Shown piece after piece: positions 26,849 through 29,944 of a DNA stretch of 29,944 bases (its first letter is position 1; each line of letters opens with the position of its first letter). Under the pieces are notes generated by a model. It worked only from the letters and a program-made list of their open reading frames with translations. It was not told where the DNA came from and searched no databases. The position numbers and the translations under genes are program-made. Source of the stretch: a virus (Duplodnaviria > Caudoviricetes); the IMG/VR virus record IMGVR_UViG_3300044233_001648, positions 1-29,944 of that record; one strand, written 5' to 3'.

Positions 26849-27557
26849 TGCAGAACAGTGGAGGCGTGAAGTAGTTATTCGCACTCCTTTCAGCCCAACT
26901 ATTTTAGAATACCAAGTTCCACAGAGATTTATTGATATCATAAACACATCTGGTGATGCGGTTTTGCCTGATGATGGATTATCAAAGAAGTTTGATTTCT
27001 CTGACAATCTTGTGGGTAAGGTTTCTAAAGAAGTTAGAATACCAGTGGCAGAAGAAGATGACAGAAACTATATGGCAGATATTATTAAGAAAGCTTGTTT
27101 AGGTTATCTTCAAAATATGATTGCAAATAGTCGAGCATATGAGTGGCAGAAAAATGGTGGACATGGTAATCCAACTACCGATAATATTCACCTTGCACAA
27201 TCTTGGATTGTAAGTCAATACAAATATGAATACAATCCATGGCACAAACATAGTGGGAACTTTAGTGGTGTTTGTTATCTAAAATTACCAGAGGATATGG
27301 AAAACCATTTTGATGAAGAGACAAAAGATCATTATCCTGCTAGTGGTTTGATTGAGTTTAGTTATGGAGAGCCTTGTGATATGAGAAGTGATACACTCAT
27401 GTTCAAACCAAAAGTAGGTATGATGTTAGTATTTCCATCTTGGTTGAAACATAGTGTTTATCCATTTTACTGCGATGGTGAAAGACGTAGTATGAGTTTT
27501 AATGCTTACTATATGACAGATGCACAGATAGAATCAAGGGATAGTGTTAATAAATGA
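26841..27557 (+). CDS. 2-oxoglutarate/Fe(II)-dependent oxygenase (TIGR02466-like)
   Basis: YNPWHKH...SGVCYLKLP, PKVGMMLVFPSWLKHSVYPF and ERRSMSFN. Confidence 0.85.
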   Translation: MTDAEQWRREVVIRTPFSPTILEYQVPQRFIDIINTSGDAVLPDDGLSKKFDFSDNLVGKVSKEVRIPVAEEDDRNYMADIIKKACLGYLQNMIANSRAYEWQKNGGHGNPTTDNIHLAQSWIVSQYKYEYNPWHKHSGNFSGVCYLKLPEDMENHFDEETKDHYPASGLIEFSYGEPCDMRSDTLMFKPKVGMMLVFPSWLKHSVYPFYCDGERRSMSFNAYYMTDAQIESRDSVNK

Positions 27558-28396
27558 TTATTATGGACATGAATCAAATCTCATTAGCAAGTCTAATGAT
27601 GGATTTGAATATGCGAAAGAGTAACGAGGTCAGAGAAGACTTAGTAAGACATATGATACTCAACTCTATTCGTATGTATAGAACAGATTTTCACCAAGAG
27701 TTTGGTGAGATAGTTCTCACATACGATTCTAAACACTACTGGAGAAGAGACTACTTCCCTAATTACAAAGCTGGTCGTAAAAAGGGTAGAGAGAATGATA
27801 GTAAAGATTGGGGTGCAATCTTCAATTGTTTGAACAAAATTAAATCAGAGTTTAAAGAAAATCTACCATACAAATATGTGGAAGTTTATGGTGCAGAGGC
27901 AGATGATGTTATTGCAATATTGTGTAAACATTTTCCAGATGAAAAAATTATGATTGTGTCTGGTGATAAAGATTTTATTCAACTACAAAAATATCCAAAT
28001 GTTCAGCAGTATAGTCCAATACTCAAGAAGTATGTAAATGGACACGATCCGATCACCTATATAAAAGAACACATACTTAAAGGTGATGCAAGTGATGGAG
28101 TTCCAAATGTTCTATCACCTGACAATACATTTGTTGATGGATTACGACAAAGGCCTTTAGGACGAAAAAAAATTGAAACTTGGTTGAATATGCACATAGA
28201 TGATTTACAAGATGAAGTCAAAAGAAACTATCAAAGAAATGATAAACTTATCAACTTGGATAACGTGCCAGAAGATCTTGAAAAAGAGATTGTGGTAGAC
28301 TTTTGTGAAGCACCTTGTGGAGATAGAAGTAAGTTGTTAAATTACTTTATTCAATCAAGACTGAAAGAACTTACAGAATCAATAGGAGACTTTTAA
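27554..28396 (+). CDS. rnh: T4 RNase H (5'-3' exonuclease/flap endonuclease)
   Basis: IIMDMNQ, YWRRDYFPNYKAGR, EADDVI, SGDKDFIQL and GDASDGVPN. Confidence 0.95.
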   Translation: MIIMDMNQISLASLMMDLNMRKSNEVREDLVRHMILNSIRMYRTDFHQEFGEIVLTYDSKHYWRRDYFPNYKAGRKKGRENDSKDWGAIFNCLNKIKSEFKENLPYKYVEVYGAEADDVIAILCKHFPDEKIMIVSGDKDFIQLQKYPNVQQYSPILKKYVNGHDPITYIKEHILKGDASDGVPNVLSPDNTFVDGLRQRPLGRKKIETWLNMHIDDLQDEVKRNYQRNDKLINLDNVPEDLEKEIVVDFCEAPCGDRSKLLNYFIQSRLKELTESIGDF

Positions 28397-28397
28397 A

Positions 28398-28907
28398 ATG
28401 GCAGAACAAACTTACGTTTTACTTTTTTCTGAAGTATTAGATAAGGTACACAAAGCAAAAACTAAATCACAAAAAGTTGCAATTCTTAGAGAACACAATA
28501 CAGACTCATTGAGAATGTTGCTCAAGGCTGCATTTGACCCAACAAAGAGATGGGTATTCCCTGCTGGGGATGTTCCTTATACACCAAATGATGCCCCTGC
28601 TGGTACAGAACACACTGTGTTGGCACAAGAGGCAAAGAAACTGTGGAGATTTATTGAAGGTGCAGATAACGTGACTAAACAACACCAGAAAGAAAATATG
28701 TTCTTTCAGATGTTGGAGGGATTGCATGAAAGTGAAGCAAAACTTCTTATCAATGCGAAAGATAAAAAGTTGCATCAAGTTTATAAAGGATTGTCTGCGG
28801 CTGTGGTGAAGGAAGCATTTGGTTGGGACGATAACTTTATGATACCAGAACCAGACGTATATCCACAAGCAAGTCGTTCTGCTAGTGGATTGGTTGCTGA
28901 CGCATGA
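28398..28907 (+). CDS. Conserved T4-like hypothetical protein downstream of rnh (DUF6433-like)
   Basis: SEVLDKV..AKTK..KV.IL, PYTPNDAPAGTEHT.L, and FFQMLEGLH.SEA.LLI..KDK. Confidence 0.8.
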   Translation: MAEQTYVLLFSEVLDKVHKAKTKSQKVAILREHNTDSLRMLLKAAFDPTKRWVFPAGDVPYTPNDAPAGTEHTVLAQEAKKLWRFIEGADNVTKQHQKENMFFQMLEGLHESEAKLLINAKDKKLHQVYKGLSAAVVKEAFGWDDNFMIPEPDVYPQASRSASGLVADA

Positions 28908-28978
28908 GGGTGACACCTATCCAGAGGTCTGTGTTTTCAAATAGACAAAGGTCACAAACATGGTCTGGAAACCCCAGT

Positions 28979-29091
28979 GATTCTCACGATTCGCACGATT
29001 CGCAAAAATCCCAAAAAGATGGGTTTGAAAAATCTAGTGATAACAGTGTTTTAGAGATGGGGTTGACATATAGTAAATCATCTGGTAATAT
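28979..29091 (+). promoter_or_regulatory. Early promoter module: tandem GATTC boxes plus a sigma70 promoter
   Basis: GATTC at 28979, 28988 and 28997 (9-bp period). GGGG-TTGACA (29063)-N17-TAATAT (29086) with an extended TGn. Confidence 0.75.
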
Positions 29092-29120
29092 GAGTAGTAA
29101 CATTGAGAAAGAGAGAAAAA

Positions 29121-29483
29121 ATGACTATTCAGATCCAGAAACAGTTTGATAATTTAGAAGATGGTATTCAGAACATGATTGATGCTGCAATCTATGATTA
29201 TGGTCAGTGGATGCAACCAGATACCGAAACTCGTGTTAAAATGAACAAAGAGTTTGCAGAAGGTTGGGTAGTTAAGACTGGCCCAAAATACACAAAGATT
29301 TTGCAAAAACATGGTGGAAATGTTTGGGGATTTGTTGTCAATACTGAAAATGATAAGAAATTCAAAAAAGGTGATTTGTTAAAACCTGCTGGTTACAATG
29401 CTCCTGCTCGTAACGCAGCTCGTGGTAATGTTCTAGAGGGTGGTTTCCGTATTCGTTGGACTGGCCCTGAGTATTTGAAATAG
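29121..29483 (+). CDS. Conserved phage hypothetical early protein
   Basis: KYTKI...VWGFVV...KFKKGDLLKPAGYNAPARNAARGNV pattern and a GA-rich RBS. Confidence 0.8.
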   Translation: MTIQIQKQFDNLEDGIQNMIDAAIYDYGQWMQPDTETRVKMNKEFAEGWVVKTGPKYTKILQKHGGNVWGFVVNTENDKKFKKGDLLKPAGYNAPARNAARGNVLEGGFRIRWTGPEYLK

Positions 29484-29494
29484 GAGATTTGTTT

Positions 29495-29689
29495 ATGATA
29501 CCAAAAGCACCAAATGTTAAGTACGAAGTATTCCTCACTAATTTTGGTTATACTTGTGGTGCGACTGACACACTAGAAAAGGCAATCAAGATTGCAAAGA
29601 AAACTGGTTATCAGTGTCAGATCTTTCTTGCAGACAATCCTTTCAATATCGTAAAGACTGTTTGCCCTATTGGTGGAGTTCGTTCTTAA
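29495..29689 (+). CDS. Small hypothetical protein
   Basis: AGGAG RBS before ATG 29495. Confidence 0.65.
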   Translation: MIPKAPNVKYEVFLTNFGYTCGATDTLEKAIKIAKKTGYQCQIFLADNPFNIVKTVCPIGGVRS

Positions 29690-29796
29690 TGAATAATATA
29701 GTTCCGATATTGGTTATCATTGCCTGTATAATGATTGTTGGATACATAGAAGATCCATGTGCAACAGAGGGATTGATGAAAGGTTGTATGGATTAA
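29689..29796 (+). CDS. 35-aa membrane peptide
   Basis: TAATG coupling. MNNIVPILVIIACIMIVGYIEDPCATEGLMKGCMD. Confidence 0.6.
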   Translation: MNNIVPILVIIACIMIVGYIEDPCATEGLMKGCMD

Positions 29797-29802
29797 ACAG
29801 TT

Positions 29803-29850
29803 TGATTCGGTTGGCACCTCTCTCTCTCATCATCAAAAGCCACCGAATCA
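29803..29850 (+). other. Inverted repeat (hairpin) with a pyrimidine-rich loop
   Basis: TGATTCGGTTGGC pairs with GCCACCGAATCA (one bulge). Loop is ACCTCTCTCTCTCATCATCAAAA. Confidence 0.6.
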
Positions 29851-29858
29851 CTTTCCCA

Positions 29859-29941
29859 CGATTCGCTACGATTCGTTTTTATGATGAGAAATGTGACTTG
29901 ATAAATCGTTGTAATTGTTGGGAATAAAAGGGGGGTTGACA
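29859..29941 (+). promoter_or_regulatory. Second early promoter module: tandem CGATTCG boxes plus a -35 element (-10 outside the window)
   Basis: CGATTCG at 29859 and 29869. GGGG-TTGACA at 29936, the same spacing as the 28979-29091 module. Confidence 0.7.
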
Positions 29942-29944
29942 AGA

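Noticed and set aside
709-28916. Numerous minus-strand ORFs in the track (for example 20046-20702, 22794-23270, 23762-24160)
   Set aside because: All are antisense shadows of well-supported + strand genes, with no recognisable motifs or promoters.
28904-29149. 81-aa + strand ORF in the track
   Set aside because: It spans the GATTC boxes and sigma70 promoter, and its SHDSHDS sequence simply reflects the DNA repeat. Most likely non-coding.
1-29944. tRNA, rRNA, introns, inteins, integrase or reverse transcriptase
   Set aside because: None recognised. Intergenic gaps are short, and helicase, primase, NrdJ and RNase H show no obvious insertions.

Overview
AT-rich window from a T4-like (myovirus-type) bacteriophage genome, probably of an aquatic Gram-negative host and possibly an alphaproteobacterium. 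All credible genes lie on the + strand. T4 core replication genes (gp41 helicase, 5'-truncated; gp61 primase; RNase H) flank a ~20 kb block driven by TATAAATA late promoters. That block holds a PD-(D/E)XK-like protein, a ligase-like KxDG nucleotidyltransferase, an HxGH nucleotidyltransferase fused to many small modules, a second modular protein, a HAD nucleotidase, structural proteins, a spanin pair with small membrane proteins, and a secreted/membrane trio. The right third has sigma70-type promoters, a class II ribonucleotide reductase, a resolvase-like nuclease, a lipoprotein, ribosomal protein bS21 and a 2OG-Fe(II) oxygenase. Most notable observations: (1) many late genes start with T4 capsid-targeting-like peptides, and two large ORFs look like polyproteins of basic modules separated by repeated EEVELDE linkers that resemble prohead-protease sites and are conserved at the DNA level; (2) two sigma70-type promoters share tandem CGATTCG (GANTC, GcrA-type) boxes at an identical distance upstream of GGGGTTGACA; (3) an unannotated metallothionein-like micro-ORF follows the reductase. 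Family names come from motif recognition, not from database searches.
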